Notes: a model not told the origin generated them from the sequence alone. Numbered from the stretch's first letter, positions 39,186 through 51,112 are shown. The stretch: DNA of 64,000 nucleotides from Candidatus Omnitrophota bacterium (GCA_038222225.1 JBBRHV010000003.1:10331-74330); one strand, 5' to 3'. Program-made: numbers and translations.

Positions 39186-40664
39186 ATGTTCTGGGCTATC
39201 TTCATAACAAGTCTGTTCCTTTTGATTTCGATCGGCGCCTTCACCGCGCTCTACCAGAAACGTAAGATTCAGAATCTTTCCGCGTCCCTGCAGAAATTTA
39301 AGGAATCCTTTGATGAAATCGACGAGCAGGCCAAACTGATCATCAAGACCGATCTGGAGCTCAACCGCACACAGGAAGAGTTGGATAAACGCCTCAAAGG
39401 GCTCGACGCCCTGCAGGCCATCTCCCGCCTGGTCAGCACCAGTCTGGATGAACGCGAAATTTTTGAACTGCTGGGAGAGCCGCTGGTCTCCGACATGGGG
39501 CTTGAACAGTATTTCTTTCTGATCCTGAACAATCAGGGATCGCTCAACTGCGCCGCTCATTTAGGCGCCTCCGAAGAAGAGTCCAAACGCATCCTGGCCT
39601 TTATCGGAAATAATCTCACGCTGGTCGATCAACTCAAAAACCGCCAAGCCATCTCTTCGATCAACGCCACCGATGACGAACGCGCCTTCTTTTTAAAACA
39701 TTTGAAAACCCGCCATTTTATCATTACGCCGATCATGGCCAAAAATACAATGCTCGGCATCCTGCTGGCGACCAGCCATTCGACAACCTATGCCGTCACC
39801 GAGGGCGACGAGGAAATCGCCTCGATCCTCTCCGATCAGATCGGCCAGGCGATCCAAAACGCCCGTCTGTTTGAAGAGGTCTTTCATTCGCGCCAAAAGC
39901 TCGAACTGATGGTCCAGGAACGCACCCGTCAGCTTCAGGAAGCGCTCTCCAACGTTCAGCAGGTCAGCAAAATGAAATCTGAATTTATTTCCGCCGTCTC
40001 CCATGAGCTGCGCACCCCTTTAACGTCGATTAAAGGATACGCCTCCCTGTTGAGTTCCGGGAAGCTGGGAAACATCCCGGATGCCGTCCGTGAGCGCCTG
40101 GAAAAGATCAATCACCATTCCGACAGCCTGGTTCAGCTGATCAACAACCTTCTGGATATTTCCCGCATTGAGTCAGGGAAGACCGGCATGAAGCGCCAGC
40201 GCTCATCCATCGCCTCCATCATCGACAATGTTCAGGACCTGCTGGCTCCGCAGCTCAAAGAAAAAAATGTCCGTCTGGTCCTTAAAGTTCCGCCGGAGAC
40301 CCCCCAGCTCCTGGTCGATCAGAGCCAGATCGAACGGGTCTTTATCAACCTGGTCGGCAACGCCGTCAAATTCACTCCGTCTGAAGGAACGATCACGGTT
40401 ACGGCAGAACCCAGAGAGAGCGATGTTCTTTTTTCGGTGGCCGATACCGGCATCGGCTTAAAGGAAGACGACCGCCGGAAATTATTTAATGAATTCTACC
40501 GTGTTGATAATGATATCAATCAAAGCATGAAAGGCTCCGGCCTTGGCCTTTCGCTGGCGAAAAAGATCATCGAAGCCCATAACGGCCAGATCTGGGTCGA
40601 TAGTATTTACACAAAGGGATCCACCTTCTCATTCACGATCCCGCATCAGGATGATCAAACATAA
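39186..40664 (+). CDS. TM-GAF sensor histidine kinase
   Basis: SHELRTPL, NL.GNA.KF, DTGIG, GSGLGL. Confidence 0.93.
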   Translation: MFWAIFITSLFLLISIGAFTALYQKRKIQNLSASLQKFKESFDEIDEQAKLIIKTDLELNRTQEELDKRLKGLDALQAISRLVSTSLDEREIFELLGEPLVSDMGLEQYFFLILNNQGSLNCAAHLGASEEESKRILAFIGNNLTLVDQLKNRQAISSINATDDERAFFLKHLKTRHFIITPIMAKNTMLGILLATSHSTTYAVTEGDEEIASILSDQIGQAIQNARLFEEVFHSRQKLELMVQERTRQLQEALSNVQQVSKMKSEFISAVSHELRTPLTSIKGYASLLSSGKLGNIPDAVRERLEKINHHSDSLVQLINNLLDISRIESGKTGMKRQRSSIASIIDNVQDLLAPQLKEKNVRLVLKVPPETPQLLVDQSQIERVFINLVGNAVKFTPSEGTITVTAEPRESDVLFSVADTGIGLKEDDRRKLFNEFYRVDNDINQSMKGSGLGLSLAKKIIEAHNGQIWVDSIYTKGSTFSFTIPHQDDQT

Positions 40665-40676
40665 AAGGAGTTTTGC

Positions 40677-41609
40677 ATGCCGAGAGCGCGCATTTTAACG
40701 ATTGATGATGACCCGGATATCCTCGATGTCCTGGATTTGACCTTGTCGGAACACTACGATGTCCTTCAGGCCCCCAACGGCCAGGAAGGGCTGATCATCC
40801 TGCAGAACAAAACCCCGAACCTGGTCGTCTGCGACTACATGATGCCGGTCATGAACGGCAAGGAATTCTGCAAAGCCGTCAAAAAGGATGTGCTCCTGCG
40901 CAATATTCCGATCATCATGCTGACCGGCAAAGGCGAAGTCCATGACATGATCGGCGGGATCGAGGCCGGCGCCGATGACTATATCGTCAAGCCTTTTGAG
41001 CCCGAAGCCCTGCTGGCCAGGATCCACATGATCCTGCGCCGAACCGAACAGAGCCTGGACGCCAACCCGCTGACCCATCTTCCGGGCAACACCTCGATCA
41101 CCGAAAAACTTCAGGAATGCATCGACAGCAAGTCGGCCTTTGCCGTCGGGTATGCCGATCTTGACAAATTCAAAATTTATAACGACAAATACGGTTTTGA
41201 AAAGGGAGATGAGATCATCCGGGAAACGGCGCGCGTCATTGTCAAGAATGTCCGCACCATTGCCGGCGAAGACGCTTTTATCGGGCATATCGGCGGAGAC
41301 GATTTTGTTTTTATCACGAACGACAGCATCATTGATGATGTCTGCCGGGGCGTCATTAAGGAATTCGACGCCAACAGCCCGGGCTTCTACACTGAGGAAG
41401 ACCGCCTGGCGAAATATATTGTCGGGAAAGACCGCCTCGGAAATGAAACCCGCGCCGGCCTGCTCTCGATCTCGATTGGGATCGTCAGCAACGCGCATGC
41501 CGAGATCGCCCATATCGCGCAAGTCAGCGAAATCGGGGCAGACCTCAAAAAATATGCCAAGACCTTTGATACCAGTGTTTTTGTGAGAGATAAACGGCGG
41601 GCACTATAA
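40677..41609 (+). CDS. response regulator with GGDEF-like (GGDDF) domain
   Basis: REC; ANPLT.LPGN; DLD.FK.YND.YG; HIGGDDF. Confidence 0.9.
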   Translation: MPRARILTIDDDPDILDVLDLTLSEHYDVLQAPNGQEGLIILQNKTPNLVVCDYMMPVMNGKEFCKAVKKDVLLRNIPIIMLTGKGEVHDMIGGIEAGADDYIVKPFEPEALLARIHMILRRTEQSLDANPLTHLPGNTSITEKLQECIDSKSAFAVGYADLDKFKIYNDKYGFEKGDEIIRETARVIVKNVRTIAGEDAFIGHIGGDDFVFITNDSIIDDVCRGVIKEFDANSPGFYTEEDRLAKYIVGKDRLGNETRAGLLSISIGIVSNAHAEIAHIAQVSEIGADLKKYAKTFDTSVFVRDKRRAL

Positions 41610-41615
41610 GACTGC

Positions 41616-41864
41616 TTATGGAAAGGGTCCGAACTGTCCGGCCGGCACCCCGTCACTGCCGACCGCATTCCGGCCGTAAGTTTTCCTGATAACCGTGTTC
41701 ATAAATTCATCCGTGAGATTTTTAGCCCTGACCAAAACTCCGCTTGTCGGGTGAAAAGACAAAAGAACAACGATCACAACCGTCGTTAAAAGAATAATAT
41801 ACTCGAAAGCGGCCTGCGCGTGGCGCCTGGACAAAATGGTTTTACGGATGGCTTGAAGAAACAT
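41616..41864 (-). CDS. small pilin-like protein with class III signal peptide
   Basis: RRHAQAAFEYIILL + hydrophobic helix; GAGGAG RBS; start corrected. Confidence 0.7.
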   Translation of the reverse strand: MFLQAIRKTILSRRHAQAAFEYIILLTTVVIVVLLSFHPTSGVLVRAKNLTDEFMNTVIRKTYGRNAVGSDGVPAGQFGPFP

Positions 41865-41957
41865 AACACATCTCCTCTTTTGCTTTAAGTATAGCATTCT
41901 CCTGCAGGGCTGCAAACCGTTTTATCTGTTCCTTGCGCCTGCTTTTGGGCGGGCTTT

Positions 41958-42671
41958 TTAGGACAAACCCAGCGACTTTAATTCCTTCACCAGGCCTTTA
42001 GGGTCATTCGAGCCGAAAAAATAACTGGCGGTCGCCAGAATATTAACCCCGACTTTAACGGCCTGCGGAGCGGTCAATCCGTTGATCCCTCCATCCACCG
42101 AAATGTCCCCCTGGAATGTCCTGGATAACTTTTCGATCTTCGCCAATACGGCAGGCATAAATTGCTGGTGCGCGAATCCCGGATTCACCGACATCAGGAG
42201 CACTCCATCGAGTTCCCCGGCCAACGACCCCAGTTCAACCGGGGTGCCCGGATTAAAGACCAAGAAGGCCTTCTTCCCCAGCTTCTTGATGGTTTGAATA
42301 TCCTGACGGAGAAGGTCATACTCGATATGATCGACCTCTTTGGGAAATTCGCCGTAACCGGCACACCCCGGCCGGCGCCTTCCATAACATTCCGCGTGAA
42401 CCATCAGCACATCCGCCCCGGCTTTCGCGAACGCTTCAATGTGATCCGCAGGATGGTCGATCATCAAATGAGCGTCAATCGGAAGCCTGGTCAAGGGCCG
42501 GATCGCCTCCACGATCAAAGGGCCGATGGTGATCGGGGCCACAAAATGCCCGTCCATCACGTCGACATGAATCCGGTCGGCCCCGCTGGATTCAATCGTC
42601 TTGATCTCCTCGCCCAAGCGGGCAAAGTCGGAGCACAAAACACTAACGCTGATTTGGATAGATTTTTTCAT
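41958..42671 (-). CDS. rpe: ribulose-phosphate 3-epimerase
   Basis: HVDVMDGHFV, DAHLM, MSVNPGF, VDGGIN; start corrected. Confidence 0.95.
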   Translation of the reverse strand: MKKSIQISVSVLCSDFARLGEEIKTIESSGADRIHVDVMDGHFVAPITIGPLIVEAIRPLTRLPIDAHLMIDHPADHIEAFAKAGADVLMVHAECYGRRRPGCAGYGEFPKEVDHIEYDLLRQDIQTIKKLGKKAFLVFNPGTPVELGSLAGELDGVLLMSVNPGFAHQQFMPAVLAKIEKLSRTFQGDISVDGGINGLTAPQAVKVGVNILATASYFFGSNDPKGLVKELKSLGLS

Positions 42672-42698
42672 ATGAAATAAGAGAGGTATTAAAATTAA

Positions 42699-42780
<82 letters not shown>

Positions 42781-42811
42781 GAAAAATCAAACTGCATCTC
42801 AAATGCAAACA

Positions 42812-42899
42812 ATGTCCTCGAACCCCACACCATCTGCCGCGGGAGCTGTTTTTCCCTCCAACCTCAGCGGTCAAAACATTTACCGCCACCCGCGCGAAA
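42812..42899 (-). other. degenerate tRNA-Leu-like copy upstream of tRNA-Leu
   Basis: 17-bp identity with tRNA 5' end and flank; GAGGG and GGGTTCGAG remnants in order. Confidence 0.6.
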
Positions 42900-43008
42900 T
42901 AATATTTGCTAAGAAAACGGATACTGGAAAACAGAATACGGAAAAATTTGAACAACGTCAACCGTTTTTTGATTCTTCCGTCCTCCCCCCTCCATCCTCC
43001 TTCATGAA

Positions 43009-44610
43009 TTATATACTCAACGCTGCCTTAATAAAATCCCTAAAAAGCGGATGCGCCTTATCCGGTTTTGATTTGAATTCCGGATGAAACTGACACGCCA
43101 CAAACCACGGGTGATCCGCGATCTCCAGGATCTCCACCAATCCGGTTTGCGGATTGACACCTGATATCATCGCACCGTTCTTTTCCATAAGCTTCAAATA
43201 TTTTGAATTAAATTCATAACGATGACGGTGCCGTTCGCTGATCATTTCTTTTTTATAGGCCTGAAAAGCTTTTGAAGTTTTGATCAGCTTGCACTGGTAG
43301 GCCCCCAGCCGCATGGTCGCGCCCATATCCTTGACCGCCTTCTGCTCTTCCAGCAAGCTGATGACCGGATACTCCGTTTGAGCATTAAATTCGGTTGAGT
43401 TGGCGTTTTTCATGCCGCAGACATTGCGGGCAAACTCAATCGTCGCCGACTGCATCCCCAGACAGATCCCGAAAAACGGGATGTTCTGTTCGCGGGCAAA
43501 CTGCACGGCCTTGATCTTTCCCTCGATCCCGCGGTTGCCGAATCCGCCGGGGATCAAAATGCCTTTTGAATCCGTCAAGAGCTTGGCCATCCCTTTGGCC
43601 GTTTCCAGATCTTCCGAATCCACTTTATTGATACAGACCCTGGCGTCATTGGCGATCCCGCCGTGAGTCAGCGCCTCATAGATCGACTTATAGGCGTCGG
43701 GCAAGGTAATGTATTTTCCCACCACCGAGATCTTCACCTCTTTGGACGGATGCTTCACCCTCTCCACCACATACTCCGCCCAGTGGGTCAAGTCTTTGTC
43801 CTCGCATTTAATGTTGAGCTTGCGGAAAATCAGGTCGTCGATGCCCTGCTTCTTAAAACACAACGGCACTTCATAGATCGTTTTGACATCGATCGCCTCA
43901 ATGACCGCGTCGCGGTCCACATTGCAGAACAGGGATATTTTTTCTCTCTGTTCCTGCGTGATATGTTTTTCGGTGCGGCATAATAAAATATCCGGCATGA
44001 TCCCGATCTCGCGTAACCGGCCGACGCTGTGTTGCGTGGGTTTTGTCTTGTGCTCCCCGGCGGCCTTAATGTAGGGAAGGAGCGTCACATGAATATTGAG
44101 CGCGTATCCATCGCCCAGTTCCCAACGCATTTGCCGGATCGCCTCCAAGAACGGAAGGCTCTCGATGTCCCCGACCGTCCCGCCGATCTCAACGATCGTC
44201 ACATCAATATCCTTATTTTTAGAAACCGCGCGGATCGAATCCTTGATCTCATTGGTGATGTGAGGAATGATCTGGATGGTTTTTCCCAGATAATCTCCGC
44301 GTCGTTCTTTGGTGATGACGGAATAATAAATTTTGCCGGTCGTGGTATTGCTGGACTTTGAGCACACGCTGTTGGTAAACCGCTCATAATGCCCGAGGTC
44401 CAGATCGGTTTCCGCCCCGTCATCGGTCACATAAACCTCGCCGTGCTGAAAAGGGCTCATCGTGCCGGGATCCACATTGAGATACGGATCGCACTTGATA
44501 AAAGCGACCTTCAGCCCCCTCGTTTCCAATAGCTTGCCGATGGAGGCCGCCGCCAGTCCCTTTCCTAAGCTTGAAACCACACCGCCTGTCACAAAGATGT
44601 ATTTGCTCAT
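43009..44610 (-). CDS. pyrG: CTP synthase
   Basis: [28 protein letters not shown]. Confidence 0.98.
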   Translation of the reverse strand: MSKYIFVTGGVVSSLGKGLAAASIGKLLETRGLKVAFIKCDPYLNVDPGTMSPFQHGEVYVTDDGAETDLDLGHYERFTNSVCSKSSNTTTGKIYYSVITKERRGDYLGKTIQIIPHITNEIKDSIRAVSKNKDIDVTIVEIGGTVGDIESLPFLEAIRQMRWELGDGYALNIHVTLLPYIKAAGEHKTKPTQHSVGRLREIGIMPDILLCRTEKHITQEQREKISLFCNVDRDAVIEAIDVKTIYEVPLCFKKQGIDDLIFRKLNIKCEDKDLTHWAEYVVERVKHPSKEVKISVVGKYITLPDAYKSIYEALTHGGIANDARVCINKVDSEDLETAKGMAKLLTDSKGILIPGGFGNRGIEGKIKAVQFAREQNIPFFGICLGMQSATIEFARNVCGMKNANSTEFNAQTEYPVISLLEEQKAVKDMGATMRLGAYQCKLIKTSKAFQAYKKEMISERHRHRYEFNSKYLKLMEKNGAMISGVNPQTGLVEILEIADHPWFVACQFHPEFKSKPDKAHPLFRDFIKAALSI

Positions 44611-44640
44611 AGAATTCACCTGACTGTTGGTTTTTTCCTC

Positions 44641-46017
44641 TTAACCTTCCAAAAGAAACTTGCTCTGATTAGCCGGGATCTTGACCGGATACTGGCCGGA
44701 AAAACAGGCATGACAAAACTGCTGCCCGTCGGTCATTACCGAAAGCATCCCCTGTCGGCTTAAATATCCCAACGAATCCACTTTGATAAATTTCGCGATC
44801 TCCTCCACCGTTTTGCTGGAGGCGATCAGTTCTTTTTTGCTGGGAAAATCAATGCCGTAAAAACACGGCCACTCGATCGGCGGACAGCTGATCCGCATAT
44901 GAATTTCTTTGACCCCGACCGTGCGCAGCTCTTCAATACGGCTACGGCTCGTCGTCCCCCGGACAATGGAATCCTCGACCACCACCACGCGCTTGCCTTT
45001 CAGGACGTCACGGATCGGGTTCAGCTTGACCCGCACCTGAGATTCCCGGATGAATTGGCTCGGCTGAATAAACGTCCTGCCAACATAATGATTGCGAATC
45101 ATGCCGACTTCAAACGGCAGCCCCAGTTCCTGAGCATATCCCAGGGCCGCATAGTTGCCTGAGTCGGGGATCGCGATCACAAAATCCGCGTCTTTCACCG
45201 GATGCTCCTGGGCCAGCCGCGCGCCTAAGCGCTTGCGGGTCAAATACACATTGTCGTCGAAAATATGGCTGTCCGGACGGGCAAAATAAATGTTTTCAAA
45301 AATACAATGGGCGTGCGTTTCCGTTCCGTTCTTGCCGTACTGGTATGTTTCCAGCTTTTCCTTATTGATGATCACCATCTCGCCGGGCTGGATCTCACGG
45401 ATAAATTCCGCCTTGATCAGGTCCAGCGCGCAGCTCTCGCTGGCCAGCACATATCCGTTCACGGATTTGCCCAGGCACAGCGGCCGAAACCCCTGTGGAT
45501 CACGCGCCCCGACGATGGTATCTCCCACCAGAAAAACCAGCGAAAACGCGCCCTCCAGCTGCCGCAGCACATTGGTGAACATTTCCGCCAGGTCGCTCGT
45601 TTTTTCCTTGGCCAATAAATGAACAATGAGCTCCGAGTCCATGGTCGTCTGAAAAAGCGAGCCTTCCGCTTCAAGCCGGCTGAACAGCTCTGCCGTATTG
45701 GTCAGGTTCCCGTTATGGGCGATCGCGATCGGACGCCCCCGGTGCCGCACCAAAAACGGCTGGGTGTTTTTGATATTACTGGAACCGGTCGTCGAATAAC
45801 GGCAATGGCCGATGGCGGCATAGCCTTTGAGCTTCGCCAGGTCCTGCTCGGTCAAGGCGTCGGCAACCAGGCCGGGACCCTTGATCAGATGCACGTCTTC
45901 CCCGTCAAAGGAGGCAACCCCGGCCGCCTCTTCGCCCCGGTGCTGAAGCGCGTAAAGGCCCAGATAGATCGCCTTGCTCGCCTCAGAATGATTTGAAACT
46001 CCGATAATTCCGCACAT
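44641..46017 (-). CDS. purF: amidophosphoribosyltransferase
   Basis: MCGI, LQHRG, DSIVRGTT, PCFYGID. Confidence 0.98.
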   Translation of the reverse strand: MCGIIGVSNHSEASKAIYLGLYALQHRGEEAAGVASFDGEDVHLIKGPGLVADALTEQDLAKLKGYAAIGHCRYSTTGSSNIKNTQPFLVRHRGRPIAIAHNGNLTNTAELFSRLEAEGSLFQTTMDSELIVHLLAKEKTSDLAEMFTNVLRQLEGAFSLVFLVGDTIVGARDPQGFRPLCLGKSVNGYVLASESCALDLIKAEFIREIQPGEMVIINKEKLETYQYGKNGTETHAHCIFENIYFARPDSHIFDDNVYLTRKRLGARLAQEHPVKDADFVIAIPDSGNYAALGYAQELGLPFEVGMIRNHYVGRTFIQPSQFIRESQVRVKLNPIRDVLKGKRVVVVEDSIVRGTTSRSRIEELRTVGVKEIHMRISCPPIEWPCFYGIDFPSKKELIASSKTVEEIAKFIKVDSLGYLSRQGMLSVMTDGQQFCHACFSGQYPVKIPANQSKFLLEG

Positions 46018-46160
46018 ATTTATCCCTCAGTAATGACCTAATGAAAAATCTAAACATGTTGAAACAACTCGAAATATATGGAAACATAAAAACCGCGCGC
46101 ATCAAAACCAACCTGAAATTTTTTTATCGCTCCTACACGCTTCGTATTGGGTATTTCGAT

Positions 46161-46218
46161 TGCGTCTTGTGTCCTGCGTCCTGCGTCCTGCGTCCTGTGT
46201 CCTGTGTCCTGTGTCCTG
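46161..46218. repeat. heptamer tandem repeat (TGYGTCC)n
   Basis: About 8 copies visible. Confidence 0.9.
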
Positions 46219-46429
46219 CCCTGCGCAAATCGAAGATTAGCACAGGATTGGCCTCCCACGCAAAATAAAATTTTGAATGGGACCTTCTCTTGGCAAATCT
46301 ACGATTTGCTCAAGGCTATACAAACCTACGGTTTGTGTAGGATGTCTTTTCTATTTCTATTTTGTTTCAATGTGCTTCTTTCTTCTTTCTTCTTTCCGCG
46401 TCCCTCTCCGCCACTGCGTTTCAACGCCT

Positions 46430-49400
46430 TCACTTTTTGTAATGTTCCTGCAGCGAGCACACGGACCAGCCGTTTTTCAAACTGACATCCAGGGCATTCA
46501 CGGCCGCCCAGGCCCCCTGCAAAGTGGTGATGCACGGGATATTGTGCAGGATCGCCGCGGCGCGCATCGCGCGCATATCCGATTGACTGCGCTCTCCCGA
46601 CGGTGTATTTAAAATCAGCTGGATCTTGCCTTCTTCGATCAGTTTTAAAAGATCTTTCCGGCCTTCTCCGCACTTATCAACGACTTTTACCTTCACGCCG
46701 TTGGAACGCAGAACTTTTGCGGTCCCCTTGGTGGCCACCAGATCAAACCCCAGGTCCTCCAGCTTTTTGGCCACAAAAATAATATGCCGCTTGTCCTCGT
46801 CATTCACGCTTAAGAAAATGGTCCCCTTCAGCGGAAGCCCCTGGCCGGCGCAGATCTGAGATTTCGCAAACGCCTCGCCGTATGATAACGCAATCCCCAT
46901 GACTTCGCCAGTCGATTTCATTTCCGGGCCGAGCACAATATCCACACCGGAAAAACGGGAAAACGGCAACACCGATTCCTTAATGGAAAAGTGGCGCGGG
47001 TCTTCGCGTTTGAGCACAAAATCCGAAAGCTTTTTTCCAACCATGACCTGCGCCGCGATCTTCGCGACGGGATTTCCAGTGGCCTTCGCCACAAACGGCA
47101 CGGTTCTCGACGCGCGCGGATTGACCTCCAGAACAAAAACATGACTGCCTTTGATGGCATACTGAATATTTAACAACCCGACCACTTTGAGGCCCAGCGC
47201 AATGTCGCGGGTGTGCTGGCGGATACGCTCGATCACGGATTCGCCGATGGTCGGAGGCGGGATCACGCAGGCCGAATCCCCGGAATGGATTCCGGCATTC
47301 TCAATGTGCTCCATGATTCCGGCGACAAAAACGTCTTCGCCGTCACAGATGGCATCCACATCGACTTCAATAGCGTCTTCAATAAATTTGTCGATCAGGA
47401 TCGGCCGCCCTTCGGAAACCTCCTTGGCCTCATCAATAAAGGACAGCATGGTCTTTTCATCGTACACAATTTTCATCGCGCGGCCGCCCAGGACGTAGGA
47501 CGGGCGCGCCAAAACCGGAAATCCGATCGAGCGGGCCGCTTTCAAGGCCTCCTCCGTGGAGGACGCGCACCCGTTGGCAGGCTGTTCCACGCCTAATTTG
47601 GAAATGAACGCCGAGAACCGCTCGCGGTTCTCGGCCATATCGATGGAATCAACCGTCGTCCCCACAATCGGCACGCCGGCCTGCTCCAGGCGATGGGCCA
47701 AATTCAAGGGTGTCTGTCCGCCGTACTGCACGATCACTCCGTCAGGCTTTTCGACATCCACAATATTCATCACGTCTTCAAAGGTCAGCGGCTCAAAATA
47801 CAAACGGTCGGAGGTGTCATAATCGGTCGAGACGGTCTCCGGATTGGAATTGACCATGATCGTCTCGTAGCCCAATTCCTTCATCGCGAAAGACGCGTGA
47901 CAGCAGCAGTAATCAAACTCGATCCCCTGGCCGATCCGGTTGGGGCCGCCCCCTAAAATCATAATTTTTCTGCGCGCGCCCAGCCGCTCATCCATCTTGC
48001 GGTTTTCCAGAACCGCCTCATCCTCAGTCTCATAAGTGGAATAATAATACGGCGTGTACGCCTCAAACTCCGCCGCGCAGGTATCCACCTGCTTGAAAGT
48101 GGCCACGATCCCTAAATTTTTGCGCTTGACGCGGAACTCCAGTTCGGACACCTTCAAAAACTGCGCCATTTGCGCGTCGCTAAAACCCTGTTCCTTGGCT
48201 TTGCGTATCGTCTCTTTGGACAGATCCCCGCTCTTCTCGATCTCCGCCGTCATCTCGCGCTCGAAATTGATCAGCTGCTGAATGTGGGCCAGGAACCAGA
48301 CATCGATCTTGCTGATCTGAGCGACCTCTTCAACCGTCATTCCCTTTTGCAGCGCGTATTTCAGATAAAAAATTCGCGAGGCGTTGGGTTCCATCAGGCG
48401 TTTCCGGATCTTTTCATCCGCGATATCTTTAGACTGCAGTTTATTGTCCAGTCCGATATGCCCGATTTCCAGTCCGCGCAGCGCCTTCTGCAGCGCCTCC
48501 TTGAAGGTGCGTCCAATGGCCATGGTTTCTCCGACGGATTTCATCTGAATGCCCAAAAGATCCTGCGCTTCGGGAAATTTTTCAAATGTAAAACGCGGCG
48601 CCTTCACCACGCAGTAATCGATCGTCGGCTCAAAACTGGCCGGAGTCACGCGGGTAATGTCGTTCCGGATCTCATCCAGGGAATATCCGATCGAAAGCTT
48701 GGCCGCAAATTTGGCGATCGGAAAACCCGTCGCTTTACTGGCCAAGGCCGAACTTCTGGAAACGCGCGGGTTCATCTCGATAACCACCATGCGCCCGTCT
48801 TTGGGGTCCACCGCGAACTGAATATTGGACCCGCCGGTCTCCACGCCGATCTCCCGGATCAACGCCAAGGAGGCGTTACGCATATTCTGATATTCGGCGT
48901 CCGTCAGCGTCTGCTGCGGCGCCACGGTAATGCTGTCTCCGGTATGCACACCCATCGGATCCAGGTTCTCGATCGAGCAGACGATCACCACATTATCTTT
49001 ACAGTCCCGCATGACCTCAAGCTCAAACTCTTTCCACCCCTCGATGGACTCCTCCACCAGGATCTCATGAATGACGCTGCTTGCGATCCCCAGCGCCGCC
49101 ATTTTTGGAAAATCTTCTTTGACCCGTACAATTCCGCCGCCGGTCCCACCCAGCGTGAACGACGAGCGTATGATCAGCGGAAATCCGATCTCCTCGGCAG
49201 CCTTCATCGCCTCATCCATATTATAAGCGAACGCGCTGCGCGGAAGGTCCAACCCGATGCTTTGCACCGCCCGTTTAAAATGTTCCCGGTCTTCCGCTTT
49301 TTTGATCACCTCGTAATCCGCGCCGATCATCTTGACGTTATGCTTTTTTAAAATCCCCTGCTCATAGAGCGCCATGGCCACGTTCAATCCGGTCTGCCCT

Positions 49401-49672
49401 CCCAGCGTCGGCAAAATAGCGTCCGGTTTTTCTTTCTCGATGATCTTCTCAATGAACTCCGGCGTCAGCGGCTCAATATAGGTATGATCCGCGGTCTCCG
49501 GATCAGTCATGATAGTGGCCGGATTGGAATTGACCAGTACAACCTCAAACCCTTCCTGACGAAGGGCCTTGCAGGCCTGGGTCCCGGAATAATCGAACTC
49601 ACACGCCTGGCCGATCACGATCGGGCCGGAGCCGATTAATAAAATTTTATGGATATCTGTACGTTTTGGCAT
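46430..49672 (-). CDS. carB: carbamoyl-phosphate synthase large subunit
   Basis: [28 protein letters not shown]; duplicated ATP-grasp. Confidence 0.99.
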   Translation of the reverse strand: MPKRTDIHKILLIGSGPIVIGQACEFDYSGTQACKALRQEGFEVVLVNSNPATIMTDPETADHTYIEPLTPEFIEKIIEKEKPDAILPTLGGQTGLNVAMALYEQGILKKHNVKMIGADYEVIKKAEDREHFKRAVQSIGLDLPRSAFAYNMDEAMKAAEEIGFPLIIRSSFTLGGTGGGIVRVKEDFPKMAALGIASSVIHEILVEESIEGWKEFELEVMRDCKDNVVIVCSIENLDPMGVHTGDSITVAPQQTLTDAEYQNMRNASLALIREIGVETGGSNIQFAVDPKDGRMVVIEMNPRVSRSSALASKATGFPIAKFAAKLSIGYSLDEIRNDITRVTPASFEPTIDYCVVKAPRFTFEKFPEAQDLLGIQMKSVGETMAIGRTFKEALQKALRGLEIGHIGLDNKLQSKDIADEKIRKRLMEPNASRIFYLKYALQKGMTVEEVAQISKIDVWFLAHIQQLINFEREMTAEIEKSGDLSKETIRKAKEQGFSDAQMAQFLKVSELEFRVKRKNLGIVATFKQVDTCAAEFEAYTPYYYSTYETEDEAVLENRKMDERLGARRKIMILGGGPNRIGQGIEFDYCCCHASFAMKELGYETIMVNSNPETVSTDYDTSDRLYFEPLTFEDVMNIVDVEKPDGVIVQYGGQTPLNLAHRLEQAGVPIVGTTVDSIDMAENRERFSAFISKLGVEQPANGCASSTEEALKAARSIGFPVLARPSYVLGGRAMKIVYDEKTMLSFIDEAKEVSEGRPILIDKFIEDAIEVDVDAICDGEDVFVAGIMEHIENAGIHSGDSACVIPPPTIGESVIERIRQHTRDIALGLKVVGLLNIQYAIKGSHVFVLEVNPRASRTVPFVAKATGNPVAKIAAQVMVGKKLSDFVLKREDPRHFSIKESVLPFSRFSGVDIVLGPEMKSTGEVMGIALSYGEAFAKSQICAGQGLPLKGTIFLSVNDEDKRHIIFVAKKLEDLGFDLVATKGTAKVLRSNGVKVKVVDKCGEGRKDLLKLIEEGKIQLILNTPSGERSQSDMRAMRAAAILHNIPCITTLQGAWAAVNALDVSLKNGWSVCSLQEHYKK

Positions 49673-49685
49673 ATTTTATATCTTA

Positions 49686-49905
49686 AGAAATAGAAATATA
49701 TAGAAACAAATAAAACACAATTAAAATCCTTAGGAACACATAGAAATATTTAGAAATATTTTGAAACAAAAACCCAAATATCATTGTGCTGATTAATTAA
49801 TTTCTCTTTTCCGCCTCTTCCTTTTATTTCTACTTATTTCCATTTATTTCAACATGTTTCAACCTGCTTCAAGTGTATTTCCACTATATTTCAATGATGT
49901 TTCAC
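49686..49905. repeat. inverted arrays of ~10-bp-period GAAAY / RTTTC units
   Basis: Visible periodicity; related arrays at 37724-37850 and 46043-46380. Confidence 0.7.
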
Positions 49906-49907
49906 TT

Positions 49908-51011
49908 TTACTTCTTGTGCTCTTCCATTAATGTAATAAAATCCTCAAACAAATACTGCGCATCATGCGGCCCCGGCGCTGCTTCCGGATGATGCTGGAC
50001 CGCGTAGATCGGATATTCTTTATGCCGAATACCCTCGACCGTCTGATCGTTCAAATTCGTATTGATAATTTCAATCTTGTTCTTATCCAGGGAATCCATA
50101 TCGACGCAGAACCCGTGGTTCTGTGCCGTGATCCCGATCCGCCCGTTCCGGGAATCCAGAACCGGATGATTGGCGCCGTGATGGCCAAACTTCAATTTAA
50201 AAGTGCGGCCACCCAAGGCCAGGCCCATGATCTGGTTTCCCAGACAAATACCGAAGATCGGCAGCTTCCCGATCGCCTTTTTGGCCTCCAAGATCACATA
50301 CGGCACCGCCGCCGGATCACCCGGCCCATTGGAAATAAACAGTCCATCGGGCTTATACGCCATGATCTGTTCCAGCGTTGTCCCGGCCGGAACCACCTGG
50401 CATTCACATCCCAGACGGGCAAAAATGCGCAAAATATTAAATTTAACCCCGCAATCAATGACCGCCACCCGGAAGCGCGGACGGTCCTTAAATTCACCGT
50501 CGGCAGGCCACACATACGGCGCCTTGCAGGCAACCGCCTTGACCCAATCCGCCCCTTCCATCGAAGGAACCTTTTTCATCTTTTGGGCCAAACTCTTTTG
50601 GTCCAGATCATCCGTGGAAATGATCGCCCGCATCGCTCCGCGCTCACGGATATGACGCGTCAAGGCCCGGGTATCAATCCCCTCAACAGCCATGATCTGA
50701 TGACGGTTTAAATAATCGATCAGGCTCTCGGTAGCCCGAAAATTAGAATGGTAGCGGCAGAATTCCTTAACGAGAAAACCTTTAACATGCACACCGTCGG
50801 ATTCGACGTCTGTTTGATTGACGCCGTAATTGCCTATCAACGGATAGGTCATGGTGACAATTTGGCCGGCATAACTGGGATCGGTGAGAATTTCCTGATA
50901 ACCGCTCATCGCGGTATTAAAGACAACTTCGCCTGAAGTTTCGCCCGCGGTCGCAAGCGTTTGACCGTAATAACAAGTTCCATCTTCTAAATAAACAACT
51001 GCATTTTTCAT
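49908..51011 (-). CDS. carA: carbamoyl-phosphate synthase small subunit
   Basis: GEVVFNT.MSGYQEILTDPSY, SNGPGDP, GICLG, HPEA.PGP. Confidence 0.99.
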   Translation of the reverse strand: MKNAVVYLEDGTCYYGQTLATAGETSGEVVFNTAMSGYQEILTDPSYAGQIVTMTYPLIGNYGVNQTDVESDGVHVKGFLVKEFCRYHSNFRATESLIDYLNRHQIMAVEGIDTRALTRHIRERGAMRAIISTDDLDQKSLAQKMKKVPSMEGADWVKAVACKAPYVWPADGEFKDRPRFRVAVIDCGVKFNILRIFARLGCECQVVPAGTTLEQIMAYKPDGLFISNGPGDPAAVPYVILEAKKAIGKLPIFGICLGNQIMGLALGGRTFKLKFGHHGANHPVLDSRNGRIGITAQNHGFCVDMDSLDKNKIEIINTNLNDQTVEGIRHKEYPIYAVQHHPEAAPGPHDAQYLFEDFITLMEEHKK

Positions 51012-51023
51012 AAAATTTTTCTA

Positions 51024-51112
51024 TAAAAAAGGCCCTCTCAAGTCAAAGACTTCGGAGGGCGCCATTGCCCTAAAACCCGCACTACTATAGCGGGCGAGCC
51101 TGCCTTTGTCAA
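51024..51112 (-). promoter_or_regulatory. carA promoter and leader terminator (attenuator-like)
   Basis: TTGACA-17-TATAGT; leader hairpin GCCCUC..GAGGGC plus U6 before ATG. Confidence 0.7.

Noticed and set aside
46050-46673. Short ORFs between carB and purF
   Set aside because: Products of heptamer repeats and carB overlap.
48170-49351. Long antisense ORFs opposite carB, carA, gltB and the GGDEF regulator
   Set aside because: Shadow frames from codon bias of well-conserved genes.
51024-51080. PyrR-binding loop or known riboswitch
   Set aside because: No AGUCCAGAGAGGCU-like consensus; leader too short.
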